A stretch of DNA of 64,000 bases, from NCBI GenBank assembly GCA_020057405.1, contig JAGVFW010000004.1:1-64000 (forward strand). Direction: 5' to 3'. This DNA is from an archaeon (GTDB lineage Archaea > Micrarchaeota > Micrarchaeia > Norongarragalinales > UBA97). The notes under the pieces were generated by a model, which saw only the letters and a list, made by a program, of their open reading frames with translations, ran no database searches and had not been told where the DNA came from. A program made the translations under genes and the position numbers. Positions 45,903-55,667 of the stretch are shown piece by piece (within the stretch, counting starts at the first letter, position 1; every line of letters starts with the position of its first letter).

Positions 45903-46030
45903 CGCCGGGAGGGAGATTCGAACTCCCGAGCCCGTGAGGGCACTGGTTGTCTTGTTAGAAAGCCGAAATCCCGTTTGTAGGGCGTTAGGCTATTTCAAGA
46001 CCAGCGCGATAACCACTCTGCCATCCCGGC
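45903..46030 (-). tRNA. tRNA-Ser(TGA) with a 45-nt intron at position 37/38 (45949..45993)
   Basis: Acceptor stem GCCGGGA/TCCCGGC, discriminator G, anticodon arm CTGGT-CTTGAA^A-ACCAG, long variable arm, GTTCGAATC T-loop. CCA is not encoded. Confidence 0.93.
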
Positions 46031-46188
46031 GCGCGTATATAAATGCGGTCCGGACGGTAATAAAACTCGCGCCTGCGGCCCGCGCAAGATTAATAAGGGC
46101 AGCCTGCGAAAGGTGGCTTGAAACGAAAGTCGTTCGAAGGCACCGATAATACCACAATCCTTTCCCTCTCTTTTGAAGGTAGATTTTA

Positions 46189-47823
46189 GTGAAAAAAACC
46201 CTAGATTTATTCAGCCCCGCAAAACTCTCGCTCGCTTACTGGAAGCAGGACGCGATTGCGGGCGCTATTGTCGCCGTCGTGGCAATACCCCTTTGTTTGG
46301 CTCTTGCAATCGCTTCGGGCGTGCCACCAGTCTACGGCGTCTACACCTCAATCATCGCCGGCATCATCGTCGCCTTCTTCGGCGGCACCGAACTCGGCGT
46401 CGCGGGACCCGCAGCTGCGATGACGGTGCTGCTTTACGCGACCGTAACTAAATTCGGTTTTGAGGGCCTGATGCTGGCGGGTTTGATCGCCGGCCTCATA
46501 CAAATCGGCATGGGCATCACCGGCATCGGCCGCGTCGTCAAGTTCGTCCCCTACACAGTCATCGTCGGCTTCACCACAGGCATCGGCTTTCTAATCATCA
46601 TCGGCCAGGCTGCAAACTTCCTTGGCGTTAATCCAACCGGCGACGGCGTGCTTGAGAAGGCGGTTTCGCTAGTCACTCGCGTTGGCAGCACTGACTTGCC
46701 CACCCTGGGGCTTGCGGCAGGCACTCTTGCGCTCATCTTTGTCCTCCGCCGGCTCGTCCCCAAGGTACCGGCATCGTTTGCCGCACTCGTCATCGCGTCG
46801 GTCGCCGCAACCGCAGCCGGCTTGCACGTCAAGACAATAGGCACCGTGCCCGCCCAGCTTCCGTCAATCATGGTGCCGCCAGTCACTTTCGGCCTCCTTG
46901 GCGCAATCCTGCCGGCGGCGCTCGCTATCGCCTTGCTTGCAAGCATCGAAAGCCTGCTCTCGGCCGTGTCAGCCGACGGCATGATGGGCACCAAGCACAG
47001 TTCCAGCAAGGAGCTCGTCGGCCAGGGCATTGCAAACGTCATCCTGCCGTTCTTTGGCGCCATCCCCTCGACGGGCGTGATTGTGCGCACTGCGACAAAC
47101 ATCAAAAATGGAGGCAAGACACGGCTCTCCGCAATAATCCATTCACTCGTGCTCCTCCTCGTGCTCCTCTTGCTAAGCCCGCTTGCCTCCGCCATCCCGA
47201 TGGCGGTGCTGGCCGCAATTCTAGTCTACACCGCCCTGCACTTGATTTCAGTCGACGAAATCAAGCACTTCGCCGCCGACAGCAAGGGCGATTCCGCCGT
47301 CCTTGCAGCGACTGTGGGCGCAACAGTCTTTCTTGACTTGCCGACTGCAATCCTGATGGGCTTTACTTTGGCCGGCCTGGCGTTCATGAAGAAGATGAGT
47401 GAGACGGTCGAAGTGACGCTCGTGCCCCAGGCGGCCCCCGCAAGCGAGGCGACGACGCTGGCGCCGGACGTCGAAGGAATCGCAAGGACTTACCGCATTA
47501 GCGGGGCGCTCTTCTTCGGTTCTGCGGTAGAGCTTGAGAAAATCGCCGAGGAAACGCCGGAGAAGCAGACTCCCGCCCTTGTCCTTGACTTATTGCAGGT
47601 CGACTACGTCGACTCCTCCTCGCTCGCCATACTCGCCGGATTGGCCGAGAAGCACAAGAGGAAAGGCGAGGTCTACATTGCGGTGACGAACGCTACGGTG
47701 AAGCGAAAGATACTCAACTCCAGCGTGATGAAGTCCGTCGACCCCTACAACCTCGTCTCAAGCGTGCAGGAGGGGCTGACGAAGGCAAAGCAAAAGTACG
47801 GCGGGGCGGCAAAGTTCGGCTGA
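46189..47823 (+). CDS. SulP/SLC26 anion transporter with STAS domain
   Basis: DAIAG..V..VAIP, GPAAAM, ESLLSA, ELVGQGIAN, C-terminal GALFFG..VDSS. Confidence 0.93.
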   Translation: MKKTLDLFSPAKLSLAYWKQDAIAGAIVAVVAIPLCLALAIASGVPPVYGVYTSIIAGIIVAFFGGTELGVAGPAAAMTVLLYATVTKFGFEGLMLAGLIAGLIQIGMGITGIGRVVKFVPYTVIVGFTTGIGFLIIIGQAANFLGVNPTGDGVLEKAVSLVTRVGSTDLPTLGLAAGTLALIFVLRRLVPKVPASFAALVIASVAATAAGLHVKTIGTVPAQLPSIMVPPVTFGLLGAILPAALAIALLASIESLLSAVSADGMMGTKHSSSKELVGQGIANVILPFFGAIPSTGVIVRTATNIKNGGKTRLSAIIHSLVLLLVLLLLSPLASAIPMAVLAAILVYTALHLISVDEIKHFAADSKGDSAVLAATVGATVFLDLPTAILMGFTLAGLAFMKKMSETVEVTLVPQAAPASEATTLAPDVEGIARTYRISGALFFGSAVELEKIAEETPEKQTPALVLDLLQVDYVDSSSLAILAGLAEKHKRKGEVYIAVTNATVKRKILNSSVMKSVDPYNLVSSVQEGLTKAKQKYGGAAKFG

Positions 47824-47885
47824 GCCAAAGAAGCAAACCCCCTTTTTGCAGCAGTGTTAAAAGGTTAATTGGAATTAGTCTGGCT

Positions 47886-48221
47886 ATGGCTCAAAAACTT
47901 CGCGCTCAGACAATACAACAGGGGCTCCAAAGCTTCCACACCATAGCCAAAAAGAAGTGGGGCTGGAAGAGCGCGCACGTAGGGCCATTCAACCACGAGG
48001 GCGAGTGGCACGTAAAGCTGTTCATACCGCACGAAGGGCAGCTTGACAGGAATCAAGTGAAGGAAACACTAGTCCGGGCATTCTCAAGCACGGGAGCCGG
48101 GCTAACTGCAGATGATTTCCGCACTTCCCACTCAAGCGGCGGGTCCAACCTGTACACAGACAACGGAAAGCCCATCCAGCTAAGCTACTTAAGCTGGATA
48201 ATTGGCCGCAAGCAAAGTTAG
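47886..48221 (+). CDS. Hypothetical protein
   Basis: 111-aa ATG-started ORF filling the gap; no recognised motif. Confidence 0.5.
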   Translation: MAQKLRAQTIQQGLQSFHTIAKKKWGWKSAHVGPFNHEGEWHVKLFIPHEGQLDRNQVKETLVRAFSSTGAGLTADDFRTSHSSGGSNLYTDNGKPIQLSYLSWIIGRKQS

Positions 48222-48277
48222 GCAACGCTCGGCTAACGCTAAGTTGTTGGGAAATCAAAGCCGCTTATTTTAAGAAA

Positions 48278-48583
48278 TCAGTTCAGCGTCATCTGGACGT
48301 TGACTGAGGAGGGGATGCGGATGCGCATGACTTCGCGCAGCACTCTATCGTCGGCAAAAATCTCGATTAGCCTCTTGTGGACGCGCAGTTCCCACTTCTC
48401 GTAAGTGTCGGAACCGTCGCCGCACGGCGTCTTGCGCGTGCTGATTTTGAGCTTCTTTGTCGGGAGGGGCACGGGGCCGCGTAGCTCGACGCCGAGGCGC
48501 GTTGCAATGTCGCGGATTTGCTTGCAAACGTCCTCCAGGTCGGTTACGTCCTGGCTTTCAAGCCTGATGCGTGCCTTGCTCAT
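48278..48583 (-). CDS. rps10: 30S ribosomal protein S10 (uS10)
   Basis: GPVPLPTK, RKTPCGDGS.T.EKWELRVHKRLI. Confidence 0.97.
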   Translation of the reverse strand: MSKARIRLESQDVTDLEDVCKQIRDIATRLGVELRGPVPLPTKKLKISTRKTPCGDGSDTYEKWELRVHKRLIEIFADDRVLREVMRIRIPSSVNVQMTLN

Positions 48584-48641
48584 TTTTTCGATAACTCCAA
48601 ATCATAAAAGGAAAAATTGGGGGAAACCCCCCTTTCTCAAA

Positions 48642-49916
48642 CTACGCCATCTTCTTGGGGACTACCTCAAGGACGATGCCGGCGGCAACTGTCTGGCCCA
48701 TGTCGCGGATTGCGAAGCGGCCGAGCGCGGGGAAGTCTGCGTACTTCTCGACTACGACGGGCTTGGTGGGCTTGATCCTGATGATTGCCACATCACCCGT
48801 CTTGATGAAATCGGGGTTCTTCTGCGCGGTAAGGCCGGTCTTGGGGTCCTTCTTCTCCATTATCTCCACAATCTGGCACGCGAGTTGCGCGGTGTGGATG
48901 TGGAAGACGGGAGTGTAGTTCTTGCCGATTGCAGTCGGGTGGTTGAGCACGACGATTTGCGCCGTGAACTCCTCTGCGACCTGGGGCGGGTTTTTCGGGT
49001 CACCGAGCACGTTGCCGCGCATGATGTCCTTCTTGTCAACGCCTTTTAGCGCAAAGCCGACGTTGTCGCCGGGGATTGCTTGAGTGAGAATCTGGTGGTG
49101 CATCTCAATCGTCTTTACTTCACCAACTTTATTGGCGGGCATGACGATAACCTGCATGTTGGGCTTGAGAATGCCTGCCTCGACGCGGCCGACGGGCACG
49201 GTGCCCTGCCCCGTGATGGTGAAGACTTCCTGGATGGGCAGTCGGAGCGGCTTGTCGGTGGGCTTCTTGGGCTCAACGAGCATGTCGAAGGCCTCAACCA
49301 TTGTGGGGCCAGTATACCAAGTCATCTTCTCGCTCTTCTTGTTGATGTTGTCGCCCTGGTATGCCGAGTAGGGAATGAAGGGGATAGTGTCGGTCTTGTA
49401 ACCCATGGGCTTGAGCTTGGCGATAAGTTCGGCCTTGACTTTATCGTAAGGCGCCTGCTCGAAGTTCACCGCATCCATCTTGTTGACGCCGATGATGAAC
49501 TGGCTAACGCCAAGCACTTTGAGCAGGAAAGCGTGCTCGATGGTCTGGGCCTGGATGCCTTCCTTTGCCGAGCAGACGATGACTGCAGCGTCAGCCTGCG
49601 AAGCGCCGGTAATCATGTTCTTGATGAAGTCCTTGTGGCCGGGCGCGTCGATGATGGTGAAGTAGTACTTTGCCGTGTGGAAGTCCTTGTGGGCAATGTC
49701 GATGGTAACGCCGCGCTCGCGCTCTTCCTTGAGGCGGTCCATTGCGAATGCGAACTCGAAAGTCGCCTTGCCCATCTTTGCCGCCTCTTCCTTGAGCTTG
49801 CGCAAGTCCTGTTCTGAGAGAGCACCGGTGTCGTAGAGGATGCGACCAACAGTAGTCGATTTTCCGTGGTCGACGTGACCCGTGAAGATAAGATTCAAGT
49901 GTGGTTTGTCAGCCAT
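48642..49916 (-). CDS. tuf: Elongation factor 1-alpha
   Basis: GHVDHGKST, ERERGVTID, DAPGH, NKMD, GRFAIRDMG. Confidence 0.98.
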   Translation of the reverse strand: MADKPHLNLIFTGHVDHGKSTTVGRILYDTGALSEQDLRKLKEEAAKMGKATFEFAFAMDRLKEERERGVTIDIAHKDFHTAKYYFTIIDAPGHKDFIKNMITGASQADAAVIVCSAKEGIQAQTIEHAFLLKVLGVSQFIIGVNKMDAVNFEQAPYDKVKAELIAKLKPMGYKTDTIPFIPYSAYQGDNINKKSEKMTWYTGPTMVEAFDMLVEPKKPTDKPLRLPIQEVFTITGQGTVPVGRVEAGILKPNMQVIVMPANKVGEVKTIEMHHQILTQAIPGDNVGFALKGVDKKDIMRGNVLGDPKNPPQVAEEFTAQIVVLNHPTAIGKNYTPVFHIHTAQLACQIVEIMEKKDPKTGLTAQKNPDFIKTGDVAIIRIKPTKPVVVEKYADFPALGRFAIRDMGQTVAAGIVLEVVPKKMA

Positions 49917-50085
49917 TTCCATCCCTCCAAATATTTGGCATTAATGCCAATCGTTGTTAATTGAACAAATCAACGGCAGCCCAAAAACAATGCTACCAAT
50001 AAACACAATCAGTCATTTTGAGCCTTTCGACCGGTATAGAGTATTTGGCACAAACGGCTTAAAAAGGCTTTCGACGACGGTGCGG

Positions 50086-50487
50086 CTATGCCTTGGCCTT
50101 TCCGTAATGCTCGCCAATTGCCTTGGCCAAGTCCTCAAGGGGACTCTTCTCGACAACGCCGATGTGAAGCTTGTCCGGATGCTTTTCAATAATCTCCTTG
50201 GCTGTTGCTGGCGAATGATCGTGCACAATTGCAAAAACATGGGGTAGCTTTCCACCGGGCCCTGCAACAAGCTTCAAAAGAGATAGGAACGCTTCCACTT
50301 CGCGAGTAAAGGCGGTATCAAAAGTCACGATGTCCGCCTTCGCGTGGTCGCGCTTGAGGTCTTCAAAGCGAAGCAAACTGCCGACTTCCTCGTGCTCAAC
50401 TCCTCGCCTAGTTAGTTGAGTGCCCAATCGGCGCGAGTCATCGGCACTGCCCCAGTGAAAAATTCTCAACGGACGTGACACGGCCAT
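50086..50487 (-). CDS. Hypothetical protein, possibly a degenerate receiver (CheY-like) fold
   Basis: ADIVTFD, LPHVFAIV and VVEKSP..DLAKAI at receiver-like spacing. Confidence 0.5.
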   Translation of the reverse strand: MAVSRPLRIFHWGSADDSRRLGTQLTRRGVEHEEVGSLLRFEDLKRDHAKADIVTFDTAFTREVEAFLSLLKLVAGPGGKLPHVFAIVHDHSPATAKEIIEKHPDKLHIGVVEKSPLEDLAKAIGEHYGKAKA

Positions 50488-50550
50488 TTCAATCAGACTA
50501 ATTTAGCACTTCTTGACGTATTTATACCAATTCCCGCCTAACTACTTTCA

Positions 50551-51456
50551 ATGAAACTACTGCACGCCCTGCCGCCCTACAACTTCCCAGGCGTCGAGGA
50601 ACAGAATTTTTCCAAGGCAAAATTTGTCATCCTTCCAGTGCCATACGACGGCACGGCGAGCTGGGGCAGCGGCGCGAAAGACGGGCCGCACGCAATCATC
50701 GCCGCAAGCCGCTTTCTTGAACTCTTTGACCACGAGCTTGGCAGAAAGCCAGCCGACGCCGGCTTCTTCACCCTCGACGAGCTCGAACCCGCAAGGGGCG
50801 ATGCGAAAGAGACGGTAAAGCGCGTGGCCGACGCGGTTTCCGAAATACTCGCGCGCAAAAAGACGCCAGTGACTCTTGGGGGCGACCACTCTATTGCAAT
50901 CGGCGCAATCCAGGCGGCTGCAAGCCACTTCGACAACTTAAGCGTAGTCGCTTTCGACGCGCACTTGGACGCCTGGGATGAGTTTGAGGGCAGCGACCAT
51001 TCGCACGCTTCAGTCGGCGCGAGGATTGCCGACATCACGCCCTCGGTCGCGAAAGAGAAAGTGAATGAAGTGATTATTGGCGCGCGCACTACGGGGAAAA
51101 ACGAGCTGGAGTTCTGCCGGAAGAACGGCGTGGAAATCGTTTGGGCCGAGGAAGCCAAAAAAGACATCCAAAAGGCAGTGAAGAAAATACTGCCGAAGCT
51201 AAGAAAGAACGTTTACATCACATTCGATTTTGACTGCCTTGACCCGGGAGTCATGCCCGCGGTCGGCACGCCGGAGCCCGAGGGACTGCAATTCAACGAG
51301 GCTGTCGAGGCGCTAAAGGCGATTGCGGCCAGCCGCAACATAGTGGGAATGGACTTCTGCGAACTCTCGCCAATGCCTGGGAACCGCGCGCCCGACTTCC
51401 TTGCTGCAAAACTGGTTTACAAGGCCGCCGGGCTGGCTTTGGGCAAGAAATTATAA
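50551..51456 (+). CDS. speB: Agmatinase (ureohydrolase)
   Basis: GGDHS, DAHLD, SHAS, DFDCLDP, GTPEPEG. Confidence 0.9.
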   Translation: MKLLHALPPYNFPGVEEQNFSKAKFVILPVPYDGTASWGSGAKDGPHAIIAASRFLELFDHELGRKPADAGFFTLDELEPARGDAKETVKRVADAVSEILARKKTPVTLGGDHSIAIGAIQAAASHFDNLSVVAFDAHLDAWDEFEGSDHSHASVGARIADITPSVAKEKVNEVIIGARTTGKNELEFCRKNGVEIVWAEEAKKDIQKAVKKILPKLRKNVYITFDFDCLDPGVMPAVGTPEPEGLQFNEAVEALKAIAASRNIVGMDFCELSPMPGNRAPDFLAAKLVYKAAGLALGKKL

Positions 51457-51480
51457 GCTGCCAAGCGGACACTTCTTCTC

Positions 51481-52704
51481 ATGGCAGCACGAAAACCACG
51501 CAGAAAGCTAGCTGCGAAAATTGCAAAAGCTGCGCTCTTTCCGCTAAAGGCCGGAATGGCGGTCGGCCGCGGCCTCAAAAACGTGCACAACAACTTGGGT
51601 AAAACCAAGGCGGGCGACTTTGCCCGGAGGACTATTTACACTGGCGCGCTTTTGGCAGCTTTGCACGCGACCCCGCCGACGCTTGACGCCTATCACAGAT
51701 GGCAAGCCGACAGGCTTAACCCCGCGCCACCCGGAATCGTCAGGATGGTAAGTGAAAGCTATTCGCCTTACTCAGTCGTACTGCCGCACCCCAACACTAT
51801 GAGCTACTCGATTCCTGATCCGTTCAAGTTCACTTACGTCAATAATGCAAGCAGGTTGGTAAATGAAGAAATCAACAGCTTGGTGGACAAATATCGCAAA
51901 GACCCGCGGTACCGGCTTGCGGCAAAGCACATCAACGCGGCGTTCATCCACGGCATGATTTCAGCGGAAAGCCGCTACCACCCCGGCGCGTATTTTCCAA
52001 GCAACAACAAGAGCCCTACCGACGCGGGGTTAGGGCAAGTAACCCTATTGGGATTAAACCAGGCCAGGGACGACGGAGCGGTGCCAAAAAACGTCAAGCG
52101 CGTCGAGGAGCTAATGACATTACCGCATCCCGATGACTTCAAAATCGAAAAAAATGAAAGGAGCTACTATAACCCCAACCGGAAGCTTCTCCAAGCAATT
52201 TACGACCGCGAAATTGGATTGCTTGGCAAAACGCCGGGCCAACTTACGCGAGAGGAAGTTGGGGCAGTAAACGAGGAACGCATCCGCAACAACCTGCGCG
52301 CCTCAGTCCACGTTGCCTTTTCAAATGCGCAAGGGTTCCTTCAAAGAATTCAGGCCAAGACCAACCCCAAGGCCGACTTGAAGCGCTTCATTTACTTGTC
52401 ATACAAGGACGGCGGCGCCGGGACGGCAAAAGAGTATTTAGCAGAAGGAAAAAACATCCCCGGCGTTACAAGAATCGGAAGGAAATCGGCTCAAACGAGC
52501 CACGACAAAAGCTACACTAGCTTACGAGGCTTTGAAACCGAGCAAGCTGCAAAAAACCTGCGGTTCGTCATGCCCCCGCAAAAAGACTCGCGCCTGCCAC
52601 TGCCTGCAAATGCCATCGCCCTTGCGCCGTGGTTGGGTTTTAGGAGAAAGTGGGCAAAGCAGGTAAAGAAAGCAAGCAAACCGACAAAAGCTAAAGGCAA
52701 ATAG
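51481..52704 (+). CDS. Putative exported lytic transglycosylase (SLT/lysozyme-like) protein
   Basis: GMISAESRYHPGA (catalytic Glu motif), DAGLGQV, and SYKDGG (AYNxG-like). Confidence 0.6.
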   Translation: MAARKPRRKLAAKIAKAALFPLKAGMAVGRGLKNVHNNLGKTKAGDFARRTIYTGALLAALHATPPTLDAYHRWQADRLNPAPPGIVRMVSESYSPYSVVLPHPNTMSYSIPDPFKFTYVNNASRLVNEEINSLVDKYRKDPRYRLAAKHINAAFIHGMISAESRYHPGAYFPSNNKSPTDAGLGQVTLLGLNQARDDGAVPKNVKRVEELMTLPHPDDFKIEKNERSYYNPNRKLLQAIYDREIGLLGKTPGQLTREEVGAVNEERIRNNLRASVHVAFSNAQGFLQRIQAKTNPKADLKRFIYLSYKDGGAGTAKEYLAEGKNIPGVTRIGRKSAQTSHDKSYTSLRGFETEQAAKNLRFVMPPQKDSRLPLPANAIALAPWLGFRRKWAKQVKKASKPTKAKGK

Positions 52705-52747
52705 AGCTCACGCTAATTCTCTAAAATCAAGGAACTTTCAGGCTAAT

Positions 52748-54934
52748 TTAGTCCAGGAAGTCGCGGGCGGTCGGAGCGATTTCAGGCTCGCCCTTGCGTT
52801 TGCGGATTGCGGCGATTATGGTCGCCTGCATGCTGTCTGGCAGCTTCTCGTAACCCTCGTACTCGTAGTACCACGCGGCCCTGCCTTGCGAAGCGCCGCG
52901 GATTTCCGACGCGAAGCCGAACATTGCGGAAACGGGAACTTTCGCGGTGACGGCAACTGCCTCGCCTTCCTGCTGGATGTCAAGCACTTGACCGCGCCTG
53001 CCCTGGATGGAATTGATGACTGAGCTCATGTACTCCTGGGGGGCGTTGACGAAAAGCTTCTGCTTTGGCTCCATGAGAACCGCCTTTGCCATCAGCATGC
53101 CCGCGTAGATTGGCCGCCGGATTGCGGGGTAAATCTGGGCAGGGCCGCGGTGGGCCGGGTCAACGTGGATGGTAGCGTCGGTCAACAGGACTTTCACGCC
53201 AACCACTTTCTCGCGCGCAAGAGGGCCGCGGTCGACAGCCTCGGAAAACGCGTCAATCATGAGTTCCTTGATGTCCATGAGGTACTGCACTCCCTTGGTC
53301 GCGTCGATGAAGATGTTGTCGCGGTGGATGCAGATGACCTTCTTTGCCTCGTCGCGGTCAAGGCCGGCCTTGATTAAGCGCTCGATTAAGTCCTTGCCCT
53401 TGGTCCTGTCGTCAATGTCGCCGTCTTTTATGGCCTTGACAACGCTTGCCTCAAGGGGCTTGACTTCAATCTTGAACTTGTTGTGCTTGTTAGGCGACTT
53501 GCCCTCGAGTTCCGGGCTCTCGCCGAGGATTGCCTCGTGGTAGACGACAATCGGCGCGCTCGTCTCAATCTCTACGCCGCGCTCCTTCTCAATCTTGTAC
53601 TCGATGATTTCAAGGTGGAGTTCGCCCATGCCGGAGAGAAGGTGCTCACCGGTTTCGGGATTGATTTCAACGCGGATGGTCGGATCCTCCTTGCTAAGGC
53701 GCTGGAGGATTTCAATGAGCTTGACTAAGTCACGCGGGTTCTTCGCCTCGATGCTCTTCGTCACGACCGGCTCGCTGTGGTGCTTGATTTGCTCGAAGGG
53801 AGCCATGTGGCCTTCAGAAGCGGTTTCGCCGGCGTAAATGTCGTGCAGGCCGATGAGCGCGACGATGTTGCCCGCGGGCACTTCGTCGATTAGCACGCGG
53901 TCCGGGCCCATGTAGATTGCGACGTTCTGGAGTTTCTCGCTCTTGAACTGGCCCGCTAGGTAAATGTCCTTGCCCTTTGCGACAGTGCCGGAGTAGAGCC
54001 GTCCGATGGCGACTTCGCCTGCGTGCTCGTCAACCTGCACTGCGGTGACCATGAAACAGACCGGCCCGTTGGGGTCGCACTCCATCATCGCTTTTCCGTG
54101 AACAGTAGACTGGTCGCCCTTCCAGATGACAGGAATGCGGTACTTTTGCGCGACTGACGGGTTGGGCAGGTGACGAACGGCAATCTCGAGAATGACTTCC
54201 TCAATGGGCGCCTTCTCACGAAGCGTCTTGTGGTCGCCGGCGGCGCAAAGCTCGTAGAGCTCCTGGAAGTTGAGGCCGTTCTTCTTCATGATGGGGTATG
54301 ACACTGCCCACTTGTTGAAGCCCGTGCCGAAGGCAACGTTGCCCTTCTCGACGCCAATCTTCCACTCGGCTTTAAACTCGGGCGGGCCGTAGTCCTCGAT
54401 GAGCTTGTTAACGCTGTTGATTATCTTGATGAAGCGCTCCTGCATGCCTTTTGAGTCGAGCTTGAGCTCGTTTATCAGGCGGTCAATCTTGTTGATGAAG
54501 AGAACGGGCTTGACCTTCTCTTTTAGCGCCTGGCGCAGAACCGTCTCAGTCTGGGGCATGACCTGCTCGACGCTGTCGACTACGAGGATGACGCCGTCGA
54601 CCGCGCGCATGGCGCGGGTGACGTGACCGCCGAAGTCAACGTGGCCCGGAGTGTCAATCATGTTGATGATGTAGTTCTCGCCCTCGTAGTCAAAGCCGAG
54701 GGAAATGTTAGCTGACTTGATCGTGATGCCGCGCGCCTGCTCCTGCGGGTCGTAGTCGAGAAGGCGCTGTTCTCCGGCCAACTCGCGGGAAATGAGGCCG
54801 GCAACGGCTAGGAGGGAGTCTGAGAGGGTGGTCTTGCCGTGGTCGACGTGGGCGACGATAGCCATGTTGCGAATGTGCTTGCTGTCGCGCATGAGCTTGC
54901 CGACTTCGCCAACGACGACTTCTTTTCGTGCCAT
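52748..54934 (-). CDS. fusA: Elongation factor 2
   Basis: AHVDHGKTT, RGITI, DTPGH, NKID; diphthamide loop HRGPAQ. Confidence 0.98.
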   Translation of the reverse strand: MARKEVVVGEVGKLMRDSKHIRNMAIVAHVDHGKTTLSDSLLAVAGLISRELAGEQRLLDYDPQEQARGITIKSANISLGFDYEGENYIINMIDTPGHVDFGGHVTRAMRAVDGVILVVDSVEQVMPQTETVLRQALKEKVKPVLFINKIDRLINELKLDSKGMQERFIKIINSVNKLIEDYGPPEFKAEWKIGVEKGNVAFGTGFNKWAVSYPIMKKNGLNFQELYELCAAGDHKTLREKAPIEEVILEIAVRHLPNPSVAQKYRIPVIWKGDQSTVHGKAMMECDPNGPVCFMVTAVQVDEHAGEVAIGRLYSGTVAKGKDIYLAGQFKSEKLQNVAIYMGPDRVLIDEVPAGNIVALIGLHDIYAGETASEGHMAPFEQIKHHSEPVVTKSIEAKNPRDLVKLIEILQRLSKEDPTIRVEINPETGEHLLSGMGELHLEIIEYKIEKERGVEIETSAPIVVYHEAILGESPELEGKSPNKHNKFKIEVKPLEASVVKAIKDGDIDDRTKGKDLIERLIKAGLDRDEAKKVICIHRDNIFIDATKGVQYLMDIKELMIDAFSEAVDRGPLAREKVVGVKVLLTDATIHVDPAHRGPAQIYPAIRRPIYAGMLMAKAVLMEPKQKLFVNAPQEYMSSVINSIQGRRGQVLDIQQEGEAVAVTAKVPVSAMFGFASEIRGASQGRAAWYYEYEGYEKLPDSMQATIIAAIRKRKGEPEIAPTARDFLD

Positions 54935-54982
54935 TTCAAATACACCCTAATTGCGAATTACCCCCGGGGGCAGTGCGCCGGA

Positions 54983-55660
54983 TTACCTTGCCGACCTTGC
55001 GACGCGCTCGGTCTCGTTCTTGCGCTTGACCGAGTAGCTGTTCTGGTCATTCGCCGCACCCAGCATGAGTTCGTCGGCAAGCGACTGGGCAAGGGTTGAC
55101 TTCTTGTTGAATGACTGCATGATGGAGGCAAGAGCGATGTTCTTTAGCGCGAGGTCAAGCCGCCTCTGTGCCGAGACGTCGACTGCAACTTGGTAGCTCG
55201 TGCCACCAAAGCGCACGCGGGTTGTCTCCTCGCGGGGCGCGCTGTTCTCAAGCGCCTGAACGAGCAACTGGATTGGGTTCTTCTTCGTCTTTTCTGCGAT
55301 GATTGCGAAAGCCGTGCGGATGACTTTTAGCACCTTGGATTTTTTGCCCTGGAGCTTTCCGTGCGTGCGGATGACTTTCCCGCCAAGCTTCTCGCCAGTA
55401 CCGCCGCGCATGAGCTTGTTAGCAAGCCGCTCGACGACGTTGACCTTTGCCTTTGCAAACGCCTTGTTCGCGTGGCGGGCAAAAGTGTGGGGAATTGAAA
55501 GCGGCTTTAGGGAAATGTACATCTCTAGGCCGGGGTCGGAGACGACCACGCCAACGTAAGTGTATTTTCCGAATAGCTTCTGTGAAGGCAGGTCGGATGC
55601 CTTTGCCTCTGGAGCCTTCTCTACGGCGGGCGCTTTTGGTGAAACGGTTTCTTCTGCCAT
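54983..55660 (-). CDS. rps7: 30S ribosomal protein S7
   Basis: NPIQ.LV.ALENSAPREE, AVDVSAQRRLDLA, ERVARSAR. Confidence 0.97.
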   Translation of the reverse strand: MAEETVSPKAPAVEKAPEAKASDLPSQKLFGKYTYVGVVVSDPGLEMYISLKPLSIPHTFARHANKAFAKAKVNVVERLANKLMRGGTGEKLGGKVIRTHGKLQGKKSKVLKVIRTAFAIIAEKTKKNPIQLLVQALENSAPREETTRVRFGGTSYQVAVDVSAQRRLDLALKNIALASIMQSFNKKSTLAQSLADELMLGAANDQNSYSVKRKNETERVARSAR

Positions 55661-55667
55661 AAACTCA

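Noticed and set aside
31097-45903. Metal locus as a mobile island integrated at the tRNA-Ser 3' end
   Set aside because: No integrase or transposase, no duplicate of the tRNA 3' end seen near the left boundary, and base composition looks like the core genes.
45903-46030. tRNA-Sec or opal suppressor
   Set aside because: The anticodon is TGA (reads UCA, Ser), not TCA, and the acceptor stem is a normal 7 bp.
48619-48632. GGGGG-AAA-CCCCC hairpin between tuf and rps10 as a regulatory element
   Set aside because: The stem is short and may be a simple terminator or processing site; there is no further support.
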